Below are positions 1 to 9,334 of a stretch of 64,000 nt of DNA, in pieces (the stretch's first letter is position 1; each line of letters opens with the position of its first letter). The notes under the pieces are model-generated. The model made no database searches. It was not told the origin of the DNA and was given only the letters and a program-made list of their open reading frames with translations. The position numbers and the translations under genes are program-made. Source of the DNA: a virus; IMG/VR virus record IMGVR_UViG_3300042868_010125, positions 1 through 64,000 of that record, one strand, 5' to 3'.

Positions 1-456
1 TGGGTCGAACAAGTCTTTATTGGAGTTAAGTTCGTACTTATCACGCCGTGCTACGCCTAATCCACCAATCATGTTGATTTGGAAGATGCCGTATGAATTA
101 TCTCCTGTTTTAACATTGCCATTAAAGGCTAGGGGGCGTCCATTTGACTCTTTCTTGACAACTGCCCACGCTACTTTGAGTGCCTTACCTTCAAACCCAA
201 CGGTGCTTAGCATCTTGGCTAACTCTTCATCGGTAAAGGGAGTTCTTTGTTCAGCGAACTTCTTCAACTCTAGGTCCCTAATTTTTACTTTATGCGCCTC
301 GATTTCTTCTTCAATCTGGGCTCTTACATCTTCTTTACTTTCCATTGTCTGTTGTGCGTTTGATGCTTGGATATATGTAGAGAAAGCGGATACGAATACC
401 ACCGCAATTAAGACACTTACTATTTTTTCGACAACTCTATTGTTTGATTTGTGCAT
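1..456 (-). CDS. Lytic transglycosylase (SLT/lysozyme-like), N-terminal TM/signal; runs off the window
   Basis: Manual translation MHKSNNRVVEKIVSVLIAVVFVSAFS...AWAVVKKESNGRPLAFN...SYGIFQINM shows the ES catalytic motif and GxxQ motif. Not in the ORF track because it is truncated. Confidence 0.75.
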   Translation of the reverse strand, partial: MHKSNNRVVEKIVSVLIAVVFVSAFSTYIQASNAQQTMESKEDVRAQIEEEIEAHKVKIRDLELKKFAEQRTPFTDEELAKMLSTVGFEGKALKVAWAVVKKESNGRPLAFNGNVKTGDNSYGIFQINMIGGLGVARRDKYELNSNKDLFDP

Positions 457-548
457 TTATTTTCCTTTGTTAGGGGACAGAGACAAGGTTGCTCAATTAG
501 CCAACCCGTGCCACCCGCTCTGGGGAGACAGGTATTACAACTACCTTT

Positions 549-587
549 CTAATGCGTCTTTAGGTCGTAAGTCATTTGGTCGTTCAT
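549..587 (-). CDS. Possible leaderless 12-aa leader peptide MNDQMTYDLKTH
   Basis: ATG lies 7 nt after TAACCT (600-595), upstream of a structured leader of the transglycosylase gene. Confidence 0.3.
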   Translation of the reverse strand: MNDQMTYDLKTH

Positions 588-766
588 TGGTACTAGGTTA
601 CCACAATTAGTGCAGGAAAGTAGAGTTTTGGCTCAGCAATCCTCGCAAATAAGCCCATTTCTGTAGTCTCTCTCGTCTACAGCCATAGATTTACCGCATT
701 TCCAACAAGAAATATAAATGATTTGTTTTTTGATGGTTTTCATCTAAATACCCCCCTTTAGGTTAA

Positions 767-795
767 ATAGTACCACCTTCCTGACAAATAGTCAA
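767..795 (-). promoter_or_regulatory. sigmaA-type promoter
   Basis: TTGACT-17-TACTAT. Confidence 0.7.
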
Positions 796-1043
796 AGACA
801 CGCCGAGACAGCAAAAAGCCCCCTAGTCCCAAACAAAGTTTCAGGCAACAAACAAAGTTTTTAGGGGGCTTCTTGCCAAACCTATCTTTTCGGCTTACTT
901 CTCTCTGCTAGCCAGAGTAGCCGTAGCAATGGATGTAAGACCAAACGCTACCGTGTAAGTCATATTGTCCTGCCAAGCCGAGACTAGGGTTGCAAAACCT
1001 AGTACCAGAGTTCCAACAGCAGTCCAGACTATGTTTAAGTTAT

Positions 1044-1241
1044 TCATTTGTTGCCCTTCTTTTTAGGTTTAGTCCTACCCCTCAGGCGAGAAGAAGGATC
1101 TCTTAGTTGCGCTCCACCATTACGGATAGCCTTCCTAGCAGTTCTATAACAAACTCCTAGTTCAACCGCAACACTATCTATAGCCAGACCAGAAGTATAA
1201 AGTTCTGCAGCCCGACCCTCAAGTTTTTTACTTTTTGCCAT
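1044..1241 (-). CDS. Small helix-turn-helix DNA-binding protein
   Basis: AAELYTSGLAIDSVAVELGVCYRTARKAIRNGGAQLR, an actinobacterial HTH pattern. Confidence 0.65.
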   Translation of the reverse strand: MAKSKKLEGRAAELYTSGLAIDSVAVELGVCYRTARKAIRNGGAQLRDPSSRLRGRTKPKKKGNK

Positions 1242-1590
1242 TGAATCCAGAACCCTTTTTTCTCTTAACGGCTCTGTAAATTAAAACTCCAAACAAAACC
1301 GCGAGTGCCGCAGGCGTGTAGACGGAGATGTCAAAGAAGTTACTAGACAACTCAATCCACTCAAACCTACAAGCAAAATCACAGTCAAGCAGTATTTCTG
1401 TTTCTTCCATTAGATTCCTTCTTTCACTTTGTTGTAATGAAGTTCAGCCAGTTCCTTGCGTAGTCTGTTGTTCTCCTGTAATAACTTACCCTGAGCCCTA
1501 ATACCAACCACCATGACAAAGCATGAGCCGGCGAGCGCAATCATAATTCCAATAAGTGTTCCCGTGTCAAGAACCATTTTTTACTTTTTC

Positions 1591-1842
1591 CTACCTTTCC
1601 TGTTTTTCCAGTTTGATAAACATTTCATTGGTTCTCATCTGAGGCATTGGTATCGCTTCCATAAATGCTCTTGCTTCAGCACTTGTTTTTAGTTCAGACC
1701 ATTTCTCAAACTGTTCATCACTCATAGACGCAAACTTAATCAGAAACTCGGCGCGAGGTATGTCAATACTCTGCCTGTCTTTGATAAGAAAGCCTTCTTT
1801 TTTTGCTAAAGCATTTGCTTTTTTAGTTCTCCAACCTGACAT
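1591..1842 (-). CDS. Hypothetical protein
   Basis: ORF with AAAAGGGGG RBS. Confidence 0.6.
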   Translation of the reverse strand: MSGWRTKKANALAKKEGFLIKDRQSIDIPRAEFLIKFASMSDEQFEKWSELKTSAEARAFMEAIPMPQMRTNEMFIKLEKQER

Positions 1843-1867
1843 TATTTACTACCCCCTTTTTTCGTTT

Positions 1868-2023
1868 TTATGGATAAAGCAAGTCTAAGCAGAATTGGTT
1901 CATCTGCTCTGTTGGCACTTTGCACTCGGCAGGTGTTGTCGCGTTATTAGCCCAAGCAACAAGTCCAAGAAAAACAAGTGCTACCGCTACTCTGCGTCTA
2001 ATGTACTTTGCCTTCGTTTTCAT
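1868..2023 (-). CDS. Small membrane/secreted protein
   Basis: Basic N-terminus plus TM segment; RBS AAAGGGGG before ATG 2023. Confidence 0.6.
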   Translation of the reverse strand: MKTKAKYIRRRVAVALVFLGLVAWANNATTPAECKVPTEQMNQFCLDLLYP

Positions 2024-2252
2024 ATAATCCCCCTTTAACCATATTGACAATTTGCCAATAAGATAATTATACAGACTTTCCTGACAAAATCAACTTACCT
2101 GACTTTCGGCGTGTCGCTCTTTTGCTCATATATACGATTAACTACCCAGCCATCTACTTCCATTTTGCTTGCTCTTTCTTCAGCGATTTCCAGCGAAGAT
2201 GCTCGTATAACTTTTGTCTTGTTCTTCTCCAAGATAATCTCGTATCTAGGCA

Positions 2253-2786
2253 TTAGTTTCTCCAAGCCTCGACGCTTGCCTCTTTAAGCCACTTCTCAAA
2301 GCGACCATTGAACAAGGCGTGCTTGCTTCTATTGGCTCTAATCAAGTTAATGGCATCTTCAGCCGTGTAACCCTCACGAATAAGAACCAAAGCCATAATT
2401 AGTCCCGAGCGGTTCATACCTGCTTGACAACGAATTAAGACACGCTGACCGCGCTTCCACTCGGCATGTGCCATGCGAACAATCGGTTGTAAGTCACTAG
2501 GGTCAAAGTCCCTCATATCGCTATCGTAAAATCCAAAGCGTAGTTCTTTCACAAACCAATCAACAGGGTTTGCTAATGAGTAAGCGGTAACCACTAGGTC
2601 AAAATCTTTCTTAGTAATCATTGGCTTTTCTAATTGGTCAAAGACATCATTATCATCAGTTCCACCCTGCCATAAGCCCGGAAGAACCTCTGACCACAAG
2701 TCTTTTGGATAGTCAATCGTGTAAGAGCGTGGTGCTATTTTTGTTTCTAATAGTTCTAATGCTTCGTCTTGCGAGGAAATTGTCAT
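2253..2786 (-). CDS. Dual-specificity protein phosphatase (PTP/DSP)
   Basis: CX5R motif RCQAGMNRS; start moved to ATG 2786 (GAGGGGG RBS). Confidence 0.85.
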   Translation of the reverse strand: MTISSQDEALELLETKIAPRSYTIDYPKDLWSEVLPGLWQGGTDDNDVFDQLEKPMITKKDFDLVVTAYSLANPVDWFVKELRFGFYDSDMRDFDPSDLQPIVRMAHAEWKRGQRVLIRCQAGMNRSGLIMALVLIREGYTAEDAINLIRANRSKHALFNGRFEKWLKEASVEAWRN

Positions 2787-3031
2787 TTGGTTTCCCCCTC
2801 TCTTTTTGTATTTTAGTAAGTAATTAAACATTTGTCAAATTACTTTTCTTATCTAGTTGTTTTTGTATTGCCTTGTTTATCATGTGATTTAAGAAGTCCG
2901 CAGTTGCTTGATAGTCTTTAACACTACGACGCTTTTTGTTTTTCATGTGCTTCATGCGACCATAAGTTCCTAGTATCGCACTATCAGGTAACCCTTTCAT
3001 TTAATCCCCCTTTTTCTTACCTTGTTCCATA

Positions 3032-3060
3032 AGGATAGCACTTTCCTGACTTTTTGTCAA
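3032..3060 (-). promoter_or_regulatory. sigmaA-type promoter
   Basis: TTGACA-17-TATCCT. Confidence 0.7.
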
Positions 3061-3274
3061 GAAGGCAACAATTTTTACAGTTACCAAGCGCTGACTTCCT
3101 ACGCTCAATTTGAGCCCGCTTTGAAATCTACAAACAACTTACGCAGCCAGACAGCCAGGCTGCTGCAATTTTTTTACTTTTTGCTATGGGCCCTGGTGGA
3201 AAGGATCATGATCTAAAAACAACTTTTGGTTCTGCCTTCCGCCTTGATGAAAAAAATGTTAAGTTTTTTCCAAT

Positions 3275-3311
3275 AAAAAACTCCCTGCCGTATAAAGACA
3301 AGGAGTTTTTT
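3275..3311. terminator. Intrinsic terminator, probably bidirectional
   Basis: AAAAAACTCC...GGAGTTTTTT hairpin with A/T tracts on both sides. Confidence 0.6.
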
Positions 3312-3322
3312 GTTTTATTTAA

Positions 3323-3556
3323 TTATCTATCTAACCTAAGTATGCGTACGAGTTCACTAGCAGTTATTTCCCAGCCAGCATCTGTTTTAACGGCAGTAGC
3401 AGGGTGGGGTTCTATGTCAGAAGGTAATACAACTACCTCGTCATAGTTTTCATCTTGATAGAGTTCCCAAGCCTTGATAGCAGGTTCTGCATAGTCAAGT
3501 GGTAGCGGTGGATAAAAGTTTCCCCGTAAGTGGTAACTCATGTTAATTGTGTCCAT
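3323..3556 (-). CDS. Hypothetical early protein
   Basis: ORF with AAAAGGGGG RBS, own promoter and terminator. Confidence 0.65.
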   Translation of the reverse strand: MDTINMSYHLRGNFYPPLPLDYAEPAIKAWELYQDENYDEVVVLPSDIEPHPATAVKTDAGWEITASELVRILRLDR

Positions 3557-3660
3557 TGTTTCCCCTTTTTGTTAGGTTCGGTAGGGAGTCGTATTGTTTC
3601 CCACCCTCTAGAGTTAAAGTGGTTCAGGTGACCAGCGACTTCCCCCTACCGAATAACTTT

Positions 3661-3689
3661 AGTATAGCAATTGTCCAAAGGAAAGTCAA
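3661..3689 (-). promoter_or_regulatory. sigmaA-type promoter
   Basis: TTGACT-17-TATACT. Confidence 0.8.
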
Positions 3690-3800
3690 GTATCTATAAA
3701 CAACTCATTTACCAAGATCCTTAGTAAGCAGCGACAGCAGCACTAGCAAAAAGTAAAAAATATATCTTCAGCAGCCAGATGGCCTAACTACAAACAACTT

Positions 3801-4373
3801 TTAGGATCCGAAGTGCTGCACCGAGATGTTAATCGGCAGCCCCGTGCTTGGATCTAACTTGGCTGCAATAGTTATTGCTTGTCTAATAACATTCTTGGCT
3901 GTGCCTAAGGTTTTCTTTTTGTTATCTAGGCTTGCCAGCATCGCTCCCATAGCGTAGCCACTACCTGAGCCTATGGCGTATACGCCTGTTTCGTCATGTG
4001 CCCAGGAAAAGTCATCACCAATCTCGTAGACAGTCCCATTAACCGCAACCATTATCTGAGAGTCATGCTCTCCGTCTTTACTGTAAGAGTTCTCCTCGAA
4101 GCAACGCTTCATATCTTGGATAAAAACAGAAGATATAAACTTGTCTAACTTTGCCCCGTAAAGGTTTGGATTTATCGCAGGTGGCTTAAAAACATGTGTA
4201 AGTATGTTAATAGCACGCATATCTCCTGCCGCACCAATTAAGTATGGACCGTTTTTATTTACTTTTCCGTTGTCTTTGGGTAGCGTATATATTTTGCTGT
4301 TGTCTTCAGTTAGCCTTGAGTCATAGCCTATGGCAACCCAGTTCTCCCCCTGTATGGCTGCAATAGTTGTCAT
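3801..4373 (-). CDS. Ntn-hydrolase peptidase (proteasome-beta/HslV-like)
   Basis: N-terminal MTTI (Thr1 nucleophile), DSR motif, AIGSGS motif. Confidence 0.8.
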   Translation of the reverse strand: MTTIAAIQGENWVAIGYDSRLTEDNSKIYTLPKDNGKVNKNGPYLIGAAGDMRAINILTHVFKPPAINPNLYGAKLDKFISSVFIQDMKRCFEENSYSKDGEHDSQIMVAVNGTVYEIGDDFSWAHDETGVYAIGSGSGYAMGAMLASLDNKKKTLGTAKNVIRQAITIAAKLDPSTGLPINISVQHFGS

Positions 4374-4405
4374 GATTTTTCCCCAATTGTTTTTTTACTT
4401 TTTGC

Positions 4406-4651
4406 TTAGTTTAGAAAGCCGTCCCACAAATCTTCTCTGAGTTTTTCATACTTATCTCCGTGGTATCCGTTGTTTCTCGCAGAAACATCCTCATCCCGAA
4501 GTAGAGAGTCTAGCGAAAGGACAGCCGTAAAGTCCTTCTCATCAAACATAATAACAATCTTCGTGTCGCCGTCGGCAGGATCATCAACAAGGGCTGCAAT
4601 AAAAGGAACGGCTGACCCGTTGGCGTGATAATACTTATCTACGATTTCCAT
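4406..4651 (-). CDS. Hypothetical protein
   Basis: ORF; leaderless-type -10 TATTTT 6 nt upstream. Confidence 0.55.
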   Translation of the reverse strand: MEIVDKYYHANGSAVPFIAALVDDPADGDTKIVIMFDEKDFTAVLSLDSLLRDEDVSARNNGYHGDKYEKLREDLWDGFLN

Positions 4652-4695
4652 GGTTAAAAAATACCCTACTCTCGGAAGGGTGATTTTGAGTTATT

Positions 4696-4800
4696 AAACA
4701 CCAAACCCCCCAGATCGGTGGGGGGTTGGCGGAGCATGAAGGGGTAGTCCCTGCTCTCAACTTGGGGCGGAAAAGGGGATTAACCGCTACCCAAGGTGAG
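4696..4800 (-). ncRNA. Candidate sRNA with two C-rich (anti-SD) loops and a terminator
   Basis: -10 TAAACT at 4810-4805; hairpin loops UUAAUCCCCUUUU and ACUACCCCUU; C6/G6 terminator stem followed by UGUUU. Confidence 0.6.
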
Positions 4801-4845
4801 AATTAGTTTAGCCTGATTTTTTACTTTTTATTTCCCAAAAGGCGT

Positions 4846-5673
4846 TTAGATTTTATCAACTATTGCCACTGGGACGACCACATTGGCAGAGTAAATCTCT
4901 CCTTTAGAGTTTGTTCTAGAGAATCTTCCCTTAGGTTTATCAAAAGAAATACTGATTTTACTTCTCCTGATAGCAACCACAGTTGCTTCTTCTCCTATCA
5001 AATACTTTGTTCCGCACTTATCGTTTAGGACAACTTTGTCCCCAACTACGAAATCCTTTATATCCGCATCTACTCTTAGGGTGCTAAGTCTTTCCTCTAT
5101 GAGTTTTTTAAGTGGGATTAGTTGTCTATCCAGTTCTCCACCAGCAATAGCATTACAGGTTTCGTCAAACAAATCTATGGAAGTTTTAATCATTTTCTTC
5201 TACCATCCCGTCTTCATTTACAACCCCGATACTATTAGAAACTGACGCTACATCAAATCCGTAGTATTCGTTCATAAATACAGAAGCAACACGAACAGCA
5301 AAATCGTTATCTGCTTCGTTTTCTTCTCTGAGTTTCTCATCTAAGACTATTGTTGTCATTAGCGTAAAGTAGTCACCAACGAACATTACTGTTCGACTCG
5401 GTAGGATATTGTCCATTATTAGTCCGCGTCCTTTAGGTGTTCGGCAATATCTTCAGGATCTGCCCCCATAGATATTAGAACCTTGCGCCATAAACTAGCG
5501 ACTCCAACCTTCGTGTCCATAAGAAAAAATAACTTATCCACAGAAGAATCTTTCTTGTTCTCCCACTTCTCAATATCACTTCTCAACATCTCCAGTAGTA
5601 GTGCCAATCCCATATTTAGGAAAGCACCTTCTTCGGAATCTACTTCCAACATCATTGTTTCTTTGTCACTCAT
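4846..5673 (-). CDS. Three coupled hypothetical genes (5419-5673, 5186-5416, 4846-5193)
   Basis: Tightly packed ORFs; first has AAAAGGGGG RBS. Confidence 0.6.
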
Positions 5674-5724
5674 TTGAGTAACCCCCTTTTCTTAACATAA
5701 GTATCTCATGTAATTTGTTTTTTG

Positions 5725-6111
5725 TCAAGCACCTTGTGGCGCATACTCGACAACGCGAACAATCGCTTCTCGTTCTATTGAGCCAAGATGAACCCATGAA
5801 GTTGCATTTCCAAAAAACTTAGGGTTGTGGTCTGTTCCAACTTCCCATTTGGTTTTGCCAGTAATTTCTGTATCTATCTGATACACAAGCAAAGTGTCAT
5901 GCTCTACATATACGGGGTCGTTGCCTTCTTTAACAAAGTGGAAGTGTGACATCAACCTAAAACCCATAAAGGTTAAACAATCGTTTTCACTTTCGCTTGC
6001 ATAGACTTCGCCAAAACTTGAGATAAGTCCGCGTTCATCTATGCTCTCTCGATTACAGACCGCACTCGCATGGTAAAGATAGCGTGGCAGATTTTTACTT
6101 TTTGTTACCAC
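5725..6111 (-). CDS. Putative ADP-ribosyltransferase-fold / Tpt1-like protein
   Basis: LYHAS...NRESIDERGL...VYAS pattern. Confidence 0.4.
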   Translation of the reverse strand: MVTKSKNLPRYLYHASAVCNRESIDERGLISSFGEVYASESENDCLTFMGFRLMSHFHFVKEGNDPVYVEHDTLLVYQIDTEITGKTKWEVGTDHNPKFFGNATSWVHLGSIEREAIVRVVEYAPQGA

Positions 6112-6413
6112 TCAGACCCCTGTTCTATCAGTTGCTCAAACCCGTCATTAGGATTTTCGTGATTAGTGGTGACTGCTTGTATAAATCTAAGACCGCAAGA
6201 ATCCTCGAACCACTCCTGTAGGGTGGCTAGCATTTCTTCAGGTGTTGCTTCCACATTTGTTATTAGTGGGTCGTACTCGTACTCGCGCATTAGTTCTACC
6301 TGCTCGTCGTCCATTAAGACATAAATCTTGTGGCAGGTGTCCCAAGCGATAGCCTTTGCTTCGCTCACTCTTTCTTTTATTAGTTCCAAGTTATTCATTA
6401 CCCAACCTCGCAA
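6105..6413 (-). CDS. Hypothetical protein
   Basis: ORF overlapping its neighbours. Confidence 0.6.
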   Translation of the reverse strand: MRGWVMNNLELIKERVSEAKAIAWDTCHKIYVLMDDEQVELMREYEYDPLITNVEATPEEMLATLQEWFEDSCGLRFIQAVTTNHENPNDGFEQLIEQGSEW

Positions 6414-6761
6414 TCATGTCCGTAGGCATACATCTCTGAGTCTGTTGGATCTGCTAAATTAAAAACTCTTTCACATTCAACGCACTTTACTTTCATTATT
6501 GCCCCTTTATTCAGTATTGGTTTAAGTATAGCAATTTTTATAAAAAAGTCAAGTTTATTTAGGAAGAATCTTTTTGTGTCTTAAATCACACAACTAATCC
6601 TCCAAAAAAACTGACATTTTTTTCGCTAAGGTTTTTGGCGTATTTAACTAAATAAGTTGTTTGTAGTTTTACCTAGTCACTAGCGATCTTGGTAATTTTT
6701 TACTTTTTGCTAGGACCAGAAAAAAAGAAACCCGGCGTCTAGCCGGGCTTCTCTTTTTGTT

Positions 6762-7229
6762 TTAGATTTCTACTTCTGAGTTTTCCTTTGTACGAACAAT
6801 CACCTTACTGTGTATTTCGTTTCTTGTTTCAGCGAAGTCGCTTGACTTCCAGCACTCATGTTCGTAGGCGCGAACTAGAAGTTTTGCTAATGAGTGTTCG
6901 CTATCTATTTCTAACGCTTTATTTAGGTTGTTAATAGATAGTTCTTTTTCCCCGTTCTCGTATAGGAACGCAGATGAAACTGAATAGAGATTAAGAAGTT
7001 CGGACTGATTGACTTCCTCTATCATTTTTTTACATAGAGAAATCATAAAAGTTAATCCGAAATCGTTCGGCATACCCATAAAGTAATCACGAACAAGTAG
7101 ATTTTTACTTATTGCTCTACTAGATACCTCTAACGCTTCTTTATCTAACTCTTTTGTTTCCATAAAGTTAGTAGCAAGAAAGTTAAGGGATTTTATTGCT
7201 TCACCTATTGTTATTGTCTTTGTTGTCAT
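6762..7229 (-). CDS. DUF4192-like helical protein
   Basis: VRD...ALEIDSEHSLAKLL resembles the actinobacterial DUF4192 C-terminus. Confidence 0.45.
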   Translation of the reverse strand: MTTKTITIGEAIKSLNFLATNFMETKELDKEALEVSSRAISKNLLVRDYFMGMPNDFGLTFMISLCKKMIEEVNQSELLNLYSVSSAFLYENGEKELSINNLNKALEIDSEHSLAKLLVRAYEHECWKSSDFAETRNEIHSKVIVRTKENSEVEI

Positions 7230-7290
7230 TTTTACCCCTTTGTTTTTTAAGAAACCCCCCGCCTTGTGCGGGGGGCTTCCCTTTTAATTA

Positions 7291-7695
7291 TTACCGAGTT
7301 GTTTTTAGAACTGTGTTGGTGCTTTCTGAACTGAAAGCCTCAACTAGCGGTAGGAGTTCAGGATTTTCCTGTAAGAACTTTTCTTTATCAAAGTTTGTAC
7401 GAGTTTGTGTTCCTACTTTGATAACGGAAACTCCGTCAATAGTGCCTTCGTTTGCGACACCAATCCACTTATCGCCAACCTTCTTGTATCCAAGAAGTGA
7501 ATAGATTTCGGCTTGTAGTGATTTGTATTGGGCTTCTAAGGTTGCCTTATCTGCCTTGTTTGCCTCAAACTTCTCTAGAAGTTCTTTGGCATTAGTTTCG
7601 TCAAGAGCGACTACTTTTGTATCGTTCTTGATAGTTGTAGTAGTAGTGCGAACTGCGACTACTGTGTCTACAACACCTTTAACTGTGTTTGTCAT
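7291..7695 (-). CDS. Hypothetical coiled-coil protein
   Basis: ORF with its own promoter TTGACT-17-TATTGT (7773-7745). Confidence 0.65.
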   Translation of the reverse strand: MTNTVKGVVDTVVAVRTTTTTIKNDTKVVALDETNAKELLEKFEANKADKATLEAQYKSLQAEIYSLLGYKKVGDKWIGVANEGTIDGVSVIKVGTQTRTNFDKEKFLQENPELLPLVEAFSSESTNTVLKTTR

Positions 7696-7942
7696 TTGTG
7701 TCTTTTTCCTTTCGGTAAGAGAGAGTTTCTCACTTACATAACGGACAATACACGACTATTTCAGGGAAGTCAAGTCTAAAAGGCAGGAAAGTCTAAAATA
7801 CTTTTATACCCCCGCAGCGGCAGCCTAGTGCTTTTTTTACTTTTTGCTATGCCAGATTTCCTGGAGCCGCAGACTTCCAAACAACTTTTACAAAAAAAAA
7901 GAAGACCTAGCGTTAGCCAGATCTTCTTTTTTCGGGAAGTTT

Positions 7943-8317
7943 TTAGATATACATACCGCTCAGTAGGAAAGAAGCAGGTATAACTTTTTTATCGTAGTTC
8001 AGCCAATAAGCGACTTGTTCATCAGTAAGACCTAAAGTCTCACCCTCATCATCACAACTGCCAGTAATAATCACATTACCGAGAATTGGATTACTAGCGT
8101 TAAAGGCATCTGAGTAGATAGCCGAAGCAATCATATTTAAGGGAAGACCCTCAGCGATGCCGTTTTCGTTGCACCACAAGTCTGCGCCTTCTAAACCAAC
8201 ACACTCAATCATGCCACCAACGGCATCACTTAGTAGTTGGTAAGACTTACCAAAATCAAACTCAACAACGGATTTGTCTCCGTCTGTTGTAATGATTACT
8301 GCTTTTTGCTTTTCCAT
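7943..8317 (-). CDS. DUF3846-like protein
   Basis: LSDAVGGMIECV...LWCNENG...LPLN...ILGNVIITG...LGLTDEQ; promoter TTGACT-17-TACTAT (8374-8346). Confidence 0.7.
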   Translation of the reverse strand: MEKQKAVIITTDGDKSVVEFDFGKSYQLLSDAVGGMIECVGLEGADLWCNENGIAEGLPLNMIASAIYSDAFNASNPILGNVIITGSCDDEGETLGLTDEQVAYWLNYDKKVIPASFLLSGMYI

Positions 8318-8548
8318 TTTTCCCCCTTTACTTGTTGTTGGCTCAATAGTAACAACTAAAAACAAAGAAGTCAAGTACTGACCGCAAGTCTTTAATTTTT
8401 ACTTTTTGCTTTTACGCCGATACTAGTACTCGTGGGTAGTGTGGTTTTTCTACGCCTCTATCCCAGAAGCACACCGCACCGCCCATGTTGTCTACCCACA
8501 AATCAAAGTCGGCTGTGATATCCCAACCGCAACTTTTGCAAGTTACCA

Positions 8549-8770
8549 TTATTCGTTCTCCAATCCTGCCACCATACTCTCCCAGCATTTGGGATGAGTT
8601 CCTGAAATAATCTGTTCCCTTAAAGACATATCCAGTTCAGAGAAAGCCTCTTGTACCGACGCACCCTTTTTGCGTGCCATATACCCTTCAGAAGAAACTT
8701 CTACGAAGCCTCCCTTACCGCACATAGCGCAGGTTGGTGTCCGCATTAAAACTGTTGTGTTGCTTGCCAT
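8549..8770 (-). CDS. Small Zn-finger-like protein
   Basis: CxxC...HxxC; RBS AAAGGGGTAGTT. Confidence 0.55.
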   Translation of the reverse strand: MASNTTVLMRTPTCAMCGKGGFVEVSSEGYMARKKGASVQEAFSELDMSLREQIISGTHPKCWESMVAGLENE

Positions 8771-8812
8771 AACTACCCCTTTCCCTTTAGACATATTATT
8801 TCAGAATAATCT

Positions 8813-9250
8813 TTATTTGTCAAGCATATCAAGAAGCGTCTCCGCATCAAAATACTCCTGATAGACATAATTTTGTGCCGCACAAATAGCATCATCTAAA
8901 GTGTGGGTTACCGCATCAAGGTGTTCTCCGTAGCAATAAAGGTCGAACCAAGAGTTCATATCCATAATTAAAGTTTCGTTCTCTACTGCTTCATTAAACT
9001 TACTGTCCGTATCAAAGCCACCTCGTATTAAATCCGAACCACCCATGTAGTACTCGTCTGTCTTTCGGTTGTGTATCTTTGTATCTCCGTCACAATAAAT
9101 ATCAACGGCAAAGCCTTCGTATGAAACCGTTCCTATTAAACCTTCTCCAGCATAAAAACAAGCATCATATCTTTCGGTAACTGAAGGAACAAGATGAGAT
9201 GCGTATTTGATAACAAACTTGCTTTCGTCCCGCATCTGATATTTTTTCAT
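8813..9250 (-). CDS. Hypothetical protein
   Basis: Start moved to ATG 9250 (MKKYQ), directly after the 14-bp motif. Confidence 0.55.
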   Translation of the reverse strand: MKKYQMRDESKFVIKYASHLVPSVTERYDACFYAGEGLIGTVSYEGFAVDIYCDGDTKIHNRKTDEYYMGGSDLIRGGFDTDSKFNEAVENETLIMDMNSWFDLYCYGEHLDAVTHTLDDAICAAQNYVYQEYFDAETLLDMLDK

Positions 9251-9334
9251 TTTTACTTTTTGCTTTCGCCGCGGCCGCAAAGGGGAAGCAAAGTGGAACT
9301 CCAAAGGGGTAGGAGTTCCACTTGCTCTTTTTGA

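Noticed and set aside
20-610. 196-aa plus-strand ORF
   Set aside because: Antisense to the transglycosylase, which has recognisable motifs.
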